A stretch of 61,916 nt of DNA, counting the filler, from Anaerolineae bacterium (GTDB taxonomy: Bacteria > Chloroflexota > Anaerolineae > Epilineales > Epilineaceae), in NCBI GenBank assembly GCA_029262755.1. It is 4 parts of 4 records of this genome, joined end to end, with 100 filler letters (N's around TTAATTAATTAA, not from the genome) between each part and the next. Parts side by side here need not be neighbours in the genome. Positions count along the whole stretch, not along the records: positions 1 to 30,079 come from JAJCYU010000016.1; positions 30,180 to 41,342 come from JAJCYU010000019.1; 2 more parts are not named here. The stretch is one strand, 5' to 3'. The position numbers and the translations under genes are program-made. The notes beneath the pieces are model-generated. The model was not told where the DNA came from, did no database searches, and worked only from the letters and a program-made list of their open reading frames with translations. Below, piece after piece: positions 23,375-34,165 of the stretch (the first letter of the stretch is position 1; every line of letters begins with the position of its first letter).

Positions 23375-25129
23375 CTAACCAACCGAGGGCGCGGGTTCGT
23401 CAACGGTGCCCAGACGGCCGATGCGCGTTCGCAGTGCGTCCCCTGCCGCCTGGATTCGCACCAGCTCTTCTTCCGTAGAGGCCAGTCGATCCAGCTCGGT
23501 CATCACGAAGGCGCGATAGGGTCCCACGGAACCTTCCATTCGCTCTTCGGCTCGCTCCAGCTCCCGTACGAACGCCTTCGCCAGCCCATCGCGCAGTTCC
23601 GCACGCAACGTCGCCACCTTTTCGCGCAGCAGGTCCGCCGCCCGCCGTCGCCGATGCGGCAACAGTGTCAGACCGACTACAGCCAACACGCTGCCGGCGA
23701 CGACACCCGTCACGTCCGCGGCCGTGCTGCCGATCAACAATGGGATCAGCACACCGAGTCCGAGCGCACCGACTTCGGCCAACGCGGTCTTGGTCAACGC
23801 ATCCTGAACGCCACGTTCCAGCCGCTCGGCTTCGCGGCGCGGATCGAAACTCTCGAGTGCTGCGGCCGCTTCGCTACCGACTTCACCGAGCAAATCCTGT
23901 CGGCGTTGGGCGAAGCCCGTCTCTTGATCGCGGCTGGGCTCCAATCCTTCCGCCCCGGCCCGGGCGGTCACCCGCTCTCGAATCGCACGCCACATCGTCG
24001 ACTCTTGATCGATCAACCAGTCGATCAAGGCCGAGACATCGGCGGTTACGAGCGTGGGCGTATCGGCAATCACCTCACGCTCGAAGTCCGCACGCAGGCT
24101 CTCGCCATCGAGCAATCCGCGAAGTCGAGCCAGCCGAATTCGTTCGTCTAAGAACGTCTCACCGCGCCCCCGCAAGTCCGCCACCCGCGCATCGATCGCC
24201 GCCACCCGTTCTTCGAATCGCTCGTGTTGTTCCGACCGATGCTTCGCCAACGTGCGGTCGATTTCGGCGAGCGTAGCCCGATCTTCGGCGAGCACTTGCC
24301 TTCGCGCGGCCAGTGCCGTTACTGCTTCGTGAGAAACCCGCTCGGCAACGCCGAGGGGGGTGAGCAACTTCAGCCGCACCCGCTCGCCCTCGGTCAAAGC
24401 ATTGTGCAGCCACGCTTCAAACGACTTCCAATCCGGGTCGAGGCTCGCCACGCCATCTTCCTTGGCGCGGCGGGCGCGCCGGGCGGACACGGGGAACACG
24501 ACGGCCGGTGTCTGAAGCAGCGTACGTGCCTGGTCGTCCACGAACTCGAGAACCTGGACTCGTTCCTCGGGCGCCTCAAGCAGATCGATCTTGTTGACGA
24601 CGAACACGATCTTCTTGCCCCAGTCCCGTATCGTGGTTAGAAAGTCGCGCTCGCTCTCGGTGAAGGGCCGATCGGCCGACGTGACGAACAACACCAGATC
24701 GGCACGCGGAACGAAATCTCGGGTGAGCGCTTCGTGTTCACGTAGCACCGCGTTGGTTCCCGGCGTGTCCACGACGTGTAGTTCGCGCAGCAACTCAACC
24801 GGGAGGCTCCGACGCCAAACGCCGTCCACCTCCACCGCCTCGCGTTCCGATCCAAACTGCAGGACTTGGATCTGGCTCGTCGTGGGCGTCACACCCTGTT
24901 CGAGGAACTCGCCGCCGAGCAACGCGTTGATCAACGCGCTCTTGCCTGCATTGAACTCACCCGTGACCACGAGTAGGAATAACTCGGACAGCCCCGCCCT
25001 GGCCTCGTCGATCCGTGCTCGCGACTCCGGGCGCTCCTCCCAACCATCCAAGGTCCGTTGCAGTCGGGCAAGGTGCTGTTCGACTTCGCCGACGGCCTTC
25101 GTTTGTTCGGGGCTCAGTACGTGCTTCAT
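23375..25129 (-). CDS. Bacterial dynamin-like GTPase
   Basis: GEFNAGKS, PTT, DTPG and NKID motifs, helical stalk and two hydrophobic paddle helices. TATACT at 25184-25189 (minus strand). Confidence 0.9.
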   Translation of the reverse strand: MKHVLSPEQTKAVGEVEQHLARLQRTLDGWEERPESRARIDEARAGLSELFLLVVTGEFNAGKSALINALLGGEFLEQGVTPTTSQIQVLQFGSEREAVEVDGVWRRSLPVELLRELHVVDTPGTNAVLREHEALTRDFVPRADLVLFVTSADRPFTESERDFLTTIRDWGKKIVFVVNKIDLLEAPEERVQVLEFVDDQARTLLQTPAVVFPVSARRARRAKEDGVASLDPDWKSFEAWLHNALTEGERVRLKLLTPLGVAERVSHEAVTALAARRQVLAEDRATLAEIDRTLAKHRSEQHERFEERVAAIDARVADLRGRGETFLDERIRLARLRGLLDGESLRADFEREVIADTPTLVTADVSALIDWLIDQESTMWRAIRERVTARAGAEGLEPSRDQETGFAQRRQDLLGEVGSEAAAALESFDPRREAERLERGVQDALTKTALAEVGALGLGVLIPLLIGSTAADVTGVVAGSVLAVVGLTLLPHRRRRAADLLREKVATLRAELRDGLAKAFVRELERAEERMEGSVGPYRAFVMTELDRLASTEEELVRIQAAGDALRTRIGRLGTVDEPAPSVG

Positions 25130-25258
25130 GGCTCCGTCCTCCGGATTCGCAGGGCTCTCGGACCGACCCGAAGCACCGTGCGGAGTATAGCCCAACAAAC
25201 GTTGCCGTTTGGTCAACAGGGGATTGCTCTGATCGGGAGCGCGGCCTATACTCGCGCC

Positions 25259-26287
25259 ATGTTCATGGTGATCTTTTCGCTGGCCATCGTGGTCGCGACG
25301 ACGCTCGTGTATGCCGGCCTTACGGCCCGGCTACAGCACGACGGCGTCTCGCGTCGGCAGATGGACGTCTGGGCCGGCGTGATTGGGCTGTCTTGCGCCC
25401 TGTTGATCCTGTCCGGTGGCGCCTTCGTAGAACGCCCCGTGATCACGAGCGATTCGCAACATCGCGTCCAACTTTCGGCCGACGCCACGTTGATACGCCG
25501 CCGTTGGCGACCGTCGCTCTCCGTGCCAAGAAATGTCGTGCAGCACGTTGCGCAGGATGCGGTGATCCCATATTCTGCACCCGTTCCGGATGTTCCGGTT
25601 CTCGCACCTGTCGTGGAAGAGCCAAGCGCTGCGCAACCGGCGATGCAGCGGCGCGAGACCGTGGAACGCGAGCGCTTCGAGCCTCTTGTTCCCGTGCAGC
25701 GGCCGATCGTGACCGCAACCCCGCTCGCGATTCTCCGCCCGGAATCCGGTGTACGCATGCCCGTCGACCGGCCTGCGCTCGCAGCGACGGCCACGCCGGC
25801 TCCGGTCTTGATCGCGCCCCCGACCGCCACCGCGATGCCGCCCCTCGCACCGATCATCCCGGAAGCGCCTCCGCCCACCGCCCCACCGCCGCCGCCGACG
25901 CCGCATTGCGGAAATCCGTCTGCGATCGACCTGGACTTCGAGATCGTGTCCGCCGAGGCGCACCGTGATGAGACCGGCGAGTTGGTCGTACGCTACGACG
26001 CGCGATTGGACAATCGGTCCAGCTTCCCGGTCCAGCTCACGAACCTGCGGGTGTTGGCCCTCAATCGCACGGGCGGCTCGGAGCAGTACGGCGTCGATGT
26101 ACGCCCGGATCTGACGCTGCCCGCCGCCGATGCCCTGCGCTTCGAAGGCGCGGTTGCGCTGCGCAAGAACCCGGGGCCCTTCGGCCGCACGGAGGTCTGC
26201 CTGACCTTCGTCCCCGAAACCTGCGGCGAGCGCCTCCCCCCCAACCAACGCATCCTCACCCGCTGCCGGACCGTATCGGGGTTCTAA
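25259..26287 (+). CDS. Hypothetical membrane protein with Pro-rich linker and C-terminal Ig-like domain
   Basis: Two N-terminal TM helices, PT/P-rich linker and a beta-rich Cys-containing domain. TATACT lies 6 nt before the ATG. Confidence 0.65.
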   Translation: MFMVIFSLAIVVATTLVYAGLTARLQHDGVSRRQMDVWAGVIGLSCALLILSGGAFVERPVITSDSQHRVQLSADATLIRRRWRPSLSVPRNVVQHVAQDAVIPYSAPVPDVPVLAPVVEEPSAAQPAMQRRETVERERFEPLVPVQRPIVTATPLAILRPESGVRMPVDRPALAATATPAPVLIAPPTATAMPPLAPIIPEAPPPTAPPPPPTPHCGNPSAIDLDFEIVSAEAHRDETGELVVRYDARLDNRSSFPVQLTNLRVLALNRTGGSEQYGVDVRPDLTLPAADALRFEGAVALRKNPGPFGRTEVCLTFVPETCGERLPPNQRILTRCRTVSGF

Positions 26288-26295
26288 TTCTCTTG

Positions 26296-26471
26296 GGGGT
26301 AGCGCGCGCGTCGGTTTCGGCTGCGCCGGCTCCCTGAACTTCGCCGCTGCGTTACACGCACCCCCGAGTGCTCGACGGGGCGCTGCCCCGCCTCCGCGCT
26401 CGGGGGCACGTGCGCCTTGCTGCGAAGCCCAGGGACCGCGGCTCGCTCGAAACCGCCACGCGCCCTACCCC
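26296..26471. repeat. 176-nt imperfect intergenic palindrome
   Basis: Six complementary blocks, all symmetric about position ~26383. Confidence 0.8.
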
Positions 26472-26632
26472 GGGGTGAACTCGGGCGCGGGGCGGCTTGA
26501 CGGGATGTCGTCGAGTGGGGTGCGACCGGTGGCCGGCGCGATGTGGCGCTGAACTCGCGCTGCGTACTGCGATCGGGTTGGCGTCAATACGGTGCGCGGT
26601 GGGCGCGAAGGGTCCACTGACCCGCAAATCAG

Positions 26633-26665
26633 CAGCGCCCCCGCCGAAGTTCGGCGGGGGCGCTG
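26633..26665. terminator. 15-bp hairpin between convergent genes
   Basis: CAGCGCCCCCGCCGA-agt-TCGGCGGGGGCGCTG. Confidence 0.65.
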
Positions 26666-26709
26666 GCTTGTGTTGCTTGGGTAGGGCTAGCCCTTTGGTG
26701 CTGGGGGTG

Positions 26710-29700
26710 CTAGCGGCCCATGCCTACGCCCCGGCTGGTGTAGGGCATGTAGATGGCGCCGGCGGCGGAGAGTGGGATGTCCATGGCCAGGGTTCCCTCG
26801 ACGACCACGATGGGCGGGTTGCTCATGAAGGGCTGGAGGCCCTCGCCCGTCGGGGGCTTGATGAGCAGTCGGTACTCGCCCGCAGGGAGAGCGAAGAAGG
26901 CGAAGCGGCCCGACTCGTCGGTGGTCTGGGGGTTGGACTGGCCCGTTGCGTCGCCGTCCCAGGCGATGAAGCGGCCGTCGTCCGGGTTGCGCTGCTCGAG
27001 GCGAACCTCCGCACCTGAGATCAACGGCTCGCCGCGGTCGTAGACGCCGTTGTGGGCGCCGCCCGGACCGATCGTGATATCGTCCAACCACCAACCGCCG
27101 CCGATCTCTGTGTCGCTATTCGCGCCGAGCCGGAAGCGGATCTTCACGCGAGGCTCCTTGGCATATTCATCCAAGGGGACGCGTAGATCATGCCAACGGT
27201 CGTTCGCGCCTTCGAAGCGCTTGACCTGAATCCAGCGGCCGTTGGGCTCGGTTTGAATCTCGATGTAACCGCGATCGCCGCGGCCCAAGTCGAACTTCTG
27301 GAAGAAGTGCAGTTCCGGCGCGACGAGCGCGCCCAGGTTGACGTCTTCGGCCAAGACCAACGAACTGTCCTGGCTGGCCTGGTAGGCGGCATGGACGCTC
27401 CAGCTGCCGTTCGCCGCGGTCGTGTTGTCCAGCGACCACGGGTTCTCGCGCACCCAGCCGTCATTGCTGCCCTGCGGGCCTTCGAATTCGGAGAAGATCA
27501 GCGGATCACCGGACACACCTTCGTCCGAGAAGACACGCCCTGCGCCGCCCAAGTAGATGAAGCCCTCGCACGCTCCGGCCTCGTCGCCGACCGCGCGGAG
27601 TGAGAACGCGCCCTGGGTCGGTGCGAAGGGAGCGCTTTCCCATTCGGTACCGGTGAAGGTCAGGTCGCGCGTGGTGCCGTCCTGCAGGAACTCGACCTTG
27701 GTCGGCGTGCCCTGCGTTCGCAAGCGAATTCGCACCTCGCCGTCCTCCGGGAGGACGACGCGGCCGGAACCGGGACCACCGCAGCGCGGCGCGGCGCCAC
27801 CGGCGTCGCGCAGCGGCTGCACTTGCGGGCCGGAACGCGGACCGTACACGAACGCAACGCTGGAGGGATCGATGACCGTGTCCGGATTGACCACGATGAG
27901 ACGGAAGCCCGTGCGTGCGCTGCGCAGTTGCTCGGGAGTCCCCGCGCTGCCGTCTTTGCGGCTCTCGACGCTCAGCTCATGCACGCCCGGCGATAGATCG
28001 ATCTCGGTGTCAAAGCCACCTGCGCTGCCGGCGATGACCTGGCCAATCGGCTGCGTGGCATCCGCGTCGAAGATGTATACGGTCTCGTTGGGGCCCGCGC
28101 GACCGGCTACGCGTACCGCCCGTTGATTGGTGTACCCGCTGCGCGGCAAGTCCAGGACAGGAACCGGCGGCGGGCTCATGTCGAGCCACGGCATGTAATC
28201 GACGTTCGTGGTGACCTCGACGCCATCCGACTGCGTCTGGGGAAGTTTGCAGGCTTCCTGGCGATCATCGCTCGGGTCGTGCGTGTCCAGCGGACCGCGA
28301 CTGTCGCCCCACCAGTTGTACTCGGCCTTCACACAGATGTCGCGTGCAGTGTTGCTGATGCCGAGCTTGAATACGTTGGCCAGGTTGTTGAAGCTGATAC
28401 CGGCCCGCTTCTCGCGCAGCGTAATACCGTTGTCCACCTCGGCGATAAAGTTACCGGACACGATGCTTCGCGAACCACTACCCGCCAGGTTGATGCCCGA
28501 TGAGTTGCGTCCGGCGACGTCCCGGATCAGGTTGCCTTCGATGATCGGGTCGACGTCGTTGCCTGTCGCGCTGATCGCGCTGCCATCCGAGCGCAGGAAG
28601 GTGTTGTAGTTGATCTCGATGGCCTCGTCGGCCGTGACGTGCACGGCGCCCTTGGAGCCGGAGCCACCAAAGGCGAACACGCTGTGCTTGATGGCGCCGA
28701 GTGCATTCTTGTCGTAGGAGATGCCGTCCCAATAGCCGTGCTCCGGGTTCACCTGGTCCGCGCTAAACACGGCACCACGCGCCCGGAGGCTGCTCTCGAC
28801 ATCGAGTCCTGCGCTTTGGCCGAATCGAACCAGATTGCCCGGCTCGATGACGAGCGCGGCGCCGCGCAGGACGTTTACGCTACGGTCGACCTCACGCACA
28901 AAGTCATTGCGCCAGGTCTGCGAGGTGCTGATGTCGGCCGAGAACAGCAACGCGTCGTTGTCGTTGCCGACCGACACGTTGTCCGAGGTCTCGATGTCGA
29001 GCGAGGAGCCGATCTCGGCCGGTCGGACGTTTCCGGTGAAGATGTTGGCTTCCACGACCGCGCTTGAATCGCGCTCGACCTTGATGCCCGCCTCCAGATT
29101 GTCACGGATCAGGTTGCCGCGAATGATCACGTCCTTCGCGCGGCGCAACAGGATGCCGTCCTGCGCTGAGCGCGCGATCTCCGAGTCGAGAATCTGAACG
29201 CCGTTCGGTAGGCCGACGTCGATGGCCGCATCGGCGCCGCGCCCACCGGCGAAGAGCACCTTGATGTTCTGAATGCGGACCGAATCGCCACCGACCTCGA
29301 GTCGAATGCCGCCCCAGTCACCGGGAAGGGGCTCGATATCCAACCCATCCGTATCGCACACCGCATCCTCTGCCGCCATGCCGCCACACGTGTCATCGGC
29401 CAACGAAGTCAGCACGATGCCGGGGCCGTCGGCAGCGGCGGTCAGATCGAGGTTGCCGTCCTGCAGCGTGAGCACGGAGTCGAGGCTGCCCTTGATCACC
29501 ACACCAGGCAGGATCTTCAAGGTACCGCGATTGACGCCCACCTTGCCGTTGAGCACGTAGATCAAGTCGCCCGCGCCCCACGTTCGGATCTTTGTGACGT
29601 CATCCGAGACGAGCACGCCGTTGATGTCGTTGTCGGTTACAGTATTGCCTTCCGAGACTAACTCGACGTTGGCGTCGATGTGAACGGCGGCCTTGCTGTT

Positions 29701-30079
29701 CTCGATCGTGTTGTTGCGTACGTCGATCGTGAGACCCTGCTCGGTCTCGACCCGAATCGCGTCCTCGCGGATATCGCGCAGCACGTTGTCCGTAATCTGT
29801 ACGCCCTCGGCGTCATCGATGTGGATACCCGTGGCCGCGGCGTCCGTGATCTCACAATTCGCGATGACCACATCGTCCTGGGCGACGCGAATCGCGGCCG
29901 CGCTCGCAGCGCCGGCGTAGCGAAGGTTCACGTATTCGAGGCGCACGGTTCGTTGGTCGACGCCGGGCAACCCGAAATCGAGTCCCGGCCAATCGCCCGG
30001 CCGCGGCTCGCCGGCGTTGCGCAACGTCTCGCCGCCTTCGGGGTCGGCGATCGAGGTCAACAAGATGGCCGCATCCTCG
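26710..30079 (-). CDS. Large extracellular right-handed beta-helix repeat protein (5' truncated at contig end)
   Basis: Repeated PGDWxG, GIxxxx and NxIxxN units, NWWG..GP, an Ig-like domain, a MAM-like domain and a prealbumin-like (TTDESGRFAF) domain. Confidence 0.85.
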
Positions 30080-30179
30080 NNNNNNNNNNNNNNNNNNNNN
30101 NNNNNNNNNNNNNNNNNNNNNNNTTAATTAATTAANNNNNNNNNNNNNNNNNNNNNNNNNNNNNNNNNNNNNNNNNNNN
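30080..30179. other. Artificial contig spacer
   Basis: 100 nt of N containing TTAATTAATTAA (stops in all six frames). Confidence 0.99.
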
Positions 30180-30180
30180 G

Positions 30181-31119
30181 CTCGCCGCGCTCGCCGGTCT
30201 GATCCTGTTCGGCCCCCGTCCGCGGGTCGACGGCGATCCGCGCCCCACGCCGCCGCCCGAGGATCTCGATGCTTGGCTTGCAGCGCGGGAGGCCCGCTTT
30301 GACGACATCGTGCCGGGCACCGAGGCGCGCATCGTGTGGGCGGACGACGGACTTCGAGCACGCACGCCGTGGAGTGTGGTCTACCTCCACGGCTTCTCGG
30401 GCTCGCGCCGCGAAGCGGAGCCGCTGGGAGCGCAGATCGCGGCCGAACTCGGCGCCAACCTCTACGAACCGCGGCTCACGGGCCATGCGCGCGGAGCCGA
30501 TCCGCTCGGTGACGCGACGGCCGATGACTGGCTGCGCGACGCGGCGGAGGCCGTGCTGGTTGGGCGTCGCCTAGGCGAGCGGGTGCTCGTGCTCGGCGTA
30601 TCGACCGGGGGGACGCTCGGCGCGTGGCTGGCAGCTTCGGAGCGCATGGGCGCCGATGACCTGCTGGTCTTACTCTCGCCCAACTTCCGCCTGCCCGACG
30701 CGCGGGCCCCAATGATGCTTTGGCCCTGGGGCCACCTCATCGTGCGGGCCGTCGAAGGCGAGTATCGGGAGTGGCAGCCGCACAACGAAGAGCACGAACG
30801 CTATTGGACGACGCGCTACCCATCACGCGCCCTCGTGCAGCTGCAGGCGCTTCTCGACGTCGTTGAGCGTCAAGATTGGTCCGCGATCCGCACCCCGACA
30901 CTCGTACTCTACGGACCCGATGACACGATCATCGACCCGCGCCGCACCGTGGAACGCTTCCCGGAGATCGGCGCGTCGCGCAAGCAGCTCGTGCCGCTGC
31001 TGGAGGGCGAGGACCCGGATCGCCATGTGCTCGCGGGGGATGTACTCTCGCCTAGCGGCACGGGCGAAGCCATGGACTATGTACGAGCGTTCCTTGCTGA
31101 GGGGTCGGACGTCCCTTGA
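30181..31119 (+). CDS. Alpha/beta hydrolase (esterase/lysophospholipase-like), 5' truncated
   Basis: YLHGFS, GVSTGG nucleophile elbow, DTII and RHVLAG. The frame is open to the contig edge. Confidence 0.88.
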   Translation, partial: LAALAGLILFGPRPRVDGDPRPTPPPEDLDAWLAAREARFDDIVPGTEARIVWADDGLRARTPWSVVYLHGFSGSRREAEPLGAQIAAELGANLYEPRLTGHARGADPLGDATADDWLRDAAEAVLVGRRLGERVLVLGVSTGGTLGAWLAASERMGADDLLVLLSPNFRLPDARAPMMLWPWGHLIVRAVEGEYREWQPHNEEHERYWTTRYPSRALVQLQALLDVVERQDWSAIRTPTLVLYGPDDTIIDPRRTVERFPEIGASRKQLVPLLEGEDPDRHVLAGDVLSPSGTGEAMDYVRAFLAEGSDVP

Positions 31120-31144
31120 CGCTACCGCCGGCGTCCTTGCACGC

Positions 31145-31930
31145 ATGACGACCAACGAGGCTTGCCGACGAAGGAGACGCAGGATCGGTCAGCGAATCGG
31201 AGGCATTGCCCTAGCCTTCTGCTTCTGGGTAGCAGTTCTCGCCCCGTCGCGCGTCGAAGCCCAGACGTTGGAGCTCGGCTTGGTCGATGTCGTGACGATC
31301 GATAGCGCGTTGCCGACGAGTACCTTGGGCGGAGGGCGCACGATGACCGTTCGCCGTGCCGGAGATGAGCTCGGCTACGGCCTTATCGCGATCCCGCCCC
31401 TCCCCGGCGGCTGGACACCGGAGCGGGTGAGCTACGCCGAGTTGCTGGTCTGGGGCAGCATGGTGGAGACGCTGGATCCGCCGCAGCCGCCGCTGACGGT
31501 GTCCGTTCACCCTATCGAAGAGCGCTGGGCTTCCGGGTCCACGACGTGGCGCACGCGACCGGCCATGGGCGGCCCGACGGATCAGCGTCCGGTCTCCCGC
31601 GATGGCGGCTGGCTGGCGCTGGATGTGACCGAGACCGTACGACGCCGGCTGGAGTCACCCGCCGCCACCTTCGGCTTCGCCCTCCAGCCCTCGTCCGATG
31701 GCGGGGATGGAATCGCGTTATTCCGAGGGCGCGATGGGGAGGCACCGTTTCCGCTGGGGCGCGGCCCCAGACTGCGCGTGCTCGGACCCGATCCGACCAT
31801 CACGCCCGGACCCAGCCCGACGGCCGCGCCGGCCACCGCGACCCGCAACGTGCCACGGGCTACCGCCACGCCCGCGGTGGCCGAGCCGGCGGCGAGGGTC
31901 TTGTTGCCTTGGTTGGGCCGCGGGGGCTAG
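31145..31930 (+). CDS. Secreted DNRLRE/CBM96-like domain protein
   Basis: Signal peptide (VEA-Q), W..TTWRTRP, LDVTETVR and PRL motifs, PT tail ending RVLLPWLGRGG. Confidence 0.65.
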   Translation: MTTNEACRRRRRRIGQRIGGIALAFCFWVAVLAPSRVEAQTLELGLVDVVTIDSALPTSTLGGGRTMTVRRAGDELGYGLIAIPPLPGGWTPERVSYAELLVWGSMVETLDPPQPPLTVSVHPIEERWASGSTTWRTRPAMGGPTDQRPVSRDGGWLALDVTETVRRRLESPAATFGFALQPSSDGGDGIALFRGRDGEAPFPLGRGPRLRVLGPDPTITPGPSPTAAPATATRNVPRATATPAVAEPAARVLLPWLGRGG

Positions 31931-32004
31931 CGATAAAGCGGGTTGCATGCAGACGGCATCGGGGCCGGTGTCAAAGTCGACCGAGGCGCAATGGAGCCGG
32001 CGCC

Positions 32005-33397
32005 CTACGCGTCACGACCGGTCCCCACCGTCCCGTAGCGGGTCGGGATCTCCGGGCACGGAGCGAGTTCGACCATCGCGTGTTGGTCGGCAGTGCGCAG
32101 GCCGGCGCTCTTGCTCGAGCCTGCGTCTTCTCGCTCGCCTTCTCGCTCCACCCGGCCAACGCCATCGTCATCGTCATCACCGCCATCGCTTCCGCCATCG
32201 TCCCCGCCGCCCATGGACGCGATCGCGCGGCCGTAGCGTGCGGCCAGCGGGGTGGCGGTCAGGCCGTGTGCCACGACGCTGAGCGCCACGGTGAGCGAGA
32301 CCACGACGCGCACCCGGTCGACCGCGTCGCCGCCCACGCTCTCGAGTACAAGCAGGACGAAGACCCAGGAAGGCGGTCGTCACCGGGCGCAGACCGCTAC
32401 CTGCCATGGCCAGCCAGACGGACGCGCCGCGCACGATGGTGAGGCTCGCGATGGCGTAGAGCCATGCGGCGGCGTCGGCTTCGCGCAGGGCTTCCGGCAG
32501 CAGGGCCGTCCCGAAGATCAAGAAGGTGATGGCGATCAACAGCTGCGCTTCCGCCTCGGCGAAGTGCTGGAGGTCGCGTAGGGTGGTTCGGGTCAGGCTG
32601 CCCACGGCGAGCCCCGCGACGAAGGCGGCGAGAAAGCCGTTGCCGCCCACGACCTCGGCCGCGGAGAACGCGAGCACGGCCAGCGTCAGCGCGGCGACGC
32701 GCTGGTAGCTGTCGGACACCCAGCCGGCCTTCATCGCCGCCGCGTGCAACCGGCCGCCCCCGACGCCGACGACCGCGCCCACCACGGGTCCGAGCAGCAG
32801 CTGCGCGCCGGCGAAACCGAGCCACCCGTTGGCATCCGCTGGAGCGTCGGCCATGCCATGGGCGGCCGCCGCGCAGGCGGCCAGGAAGAGCACGAGGGGT
32901 AGCGCGATCCCGTCGTTCAGGCCGCTCTCCACGTTGAGGGTCTGGCGTACGCGCACCGGTACGCGCGCATCCGACACGACGGCTTGGCCGAGGGCGGCGT
33001 CCGTGGCCGCCAGCATCGTGGCGAGCAACGCGGCCGTCCACAGGTCCAGCTCCGGAAGGAGCAGCAGGCCGACCACCGTGCCGAACACGATGCTGAGCGG
33101 CATGCCGACCGCCAAGAGGCGCACGGGTAGGTTGAGCTCGCGCCGCAGTAAGCGCAGGTCGATGCGTGAAGCGTCGGAGAAGAGCACGATGACCAACGTG
33201 ATCTCCGCCAACTGGTGGATGATCGGCGCGTCATGGTCGAGCATGGGTGCCAACGCGGTGCCGGCGATCACAAGACCGAGGACCGTGAAGACCATCGGTG
33301 CCGTCACGACACCCGCTTCGAGGCGTCGCGACAACGAGCCGTAGCCGAGGAAGACGAGCGCGATCACAGCCACGAGCAGCATGGGATCAGCGTGCAT
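32005..33397 (-). pseudogene. NhaP/CPA1-type cation:proton antiporter disrupted by deletion/frameshift
   Basis: TDAALG and ESGLNDG motifs. After AFLG (~32365) the frame shifts and the C-terminus VFVLLVLE...SVVAHGLTA lies in another frame. The usual WFGPRG motif is absent. Confidence 0.75.
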
Positions 33398-33552
33398 GAC
33401 GGGCTCCAGGGTGGTCGCGACGACCGCGCGCCCGATGGGCGTGACCGTTCGCCCGGCGGGCGTGGATGTAGGCGGCACGCACGTTTCGGAGATCGGAGTT
33501 GGCCGTCAACCATGGATGGCAGCGCCGCGCGGCGCAAAACGTGCGCCGGTGA

Positions 33553-33581
33553 TTGACCCCCGCGCGGCCCGCACCCACAAT
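33553..33581 (+). promoter_or_regulatory. Sigma70-type promoter of ndk
   Basis: TTGACC-17 nt-CACAAT. Confidence 0.55.
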
Positions 33582-33639
33582 TGCCGGCCGATTCTACGAA
33601 CCCTACATAGCGGCGCTTGGCGCCCACCCGGAGAGCCTC

Positions 33640-34092
33640 ATGGAACGCACCCTCATCATCCTCAAGCCCGACACCGTGCAGCGTGCGTTGGTGGGTGAGA
33701 TCACGACCCGCCTTGAACGCCGCGGCCTGAAGCTGGTCGGAATGAAGCTGATGCGCGTCGAGGACGATCTCGCGCGCCGGCATTACGGCGAGCACGAAGG
33801 CAAGCCCTTCTTCCAGCCGCTACTGGACTACATTACGAGCGGCCCCGTCGTGCTGATGGCCGTCGAAGGTCCCCGTGCCATCGAGCTCGTGCGCAACACC
33901 GTAGGCGCCACCCACCCCATCGACGCGACCCCGGGCACGATCCGCGCCGACTTCGGGCTGGAGATCGGCCGCAACCTCATCCACGCCTCGGCCAACGCCG
34001 ACGACGCGGCCAAGGAGCTCGGCCTATGGTTCGCCGACGGCGAGCTGTTGGACTACGACCGGGCCATCGACGCCTGGGTGCTGGAGCACTAG
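33640..34092 (+). CDS. ndk: Nucleoside diphosphate kinase
   Basis: ERTLIILKPD, HYGEHEGKPFF, PGTIRADF and NLIHAS. Confidence 0.97.
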   Translation: MERTLIILKPDTVQRALVGEITTRLERRGLKLVGMKLMRVEDDLARRHYGEHEGKPFFQPLLDYITSGPVVLMAVEGPRAIELVRNTVGATHPIDATPGTIRADFGLEIGRNLIHASANADDAAKELGLWFADGELLDYDRAIDAWVLEH

Positions 34093-34165
34093 CGCGCGAC
34101 GACGTATCGCCTGGCCGGCCGTGCGGTCGTGTATTCGAGCGCGCCGCCCGGCACGGGCGCAGTTC

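Noticed and set aside
22784..24151. Long antisense ORFs (also 17481-18650, 16311-17462, 13045-14046 and 50209-51180)
   Set aside because: They are shadows of well-identified genes with no recognisable motifs.
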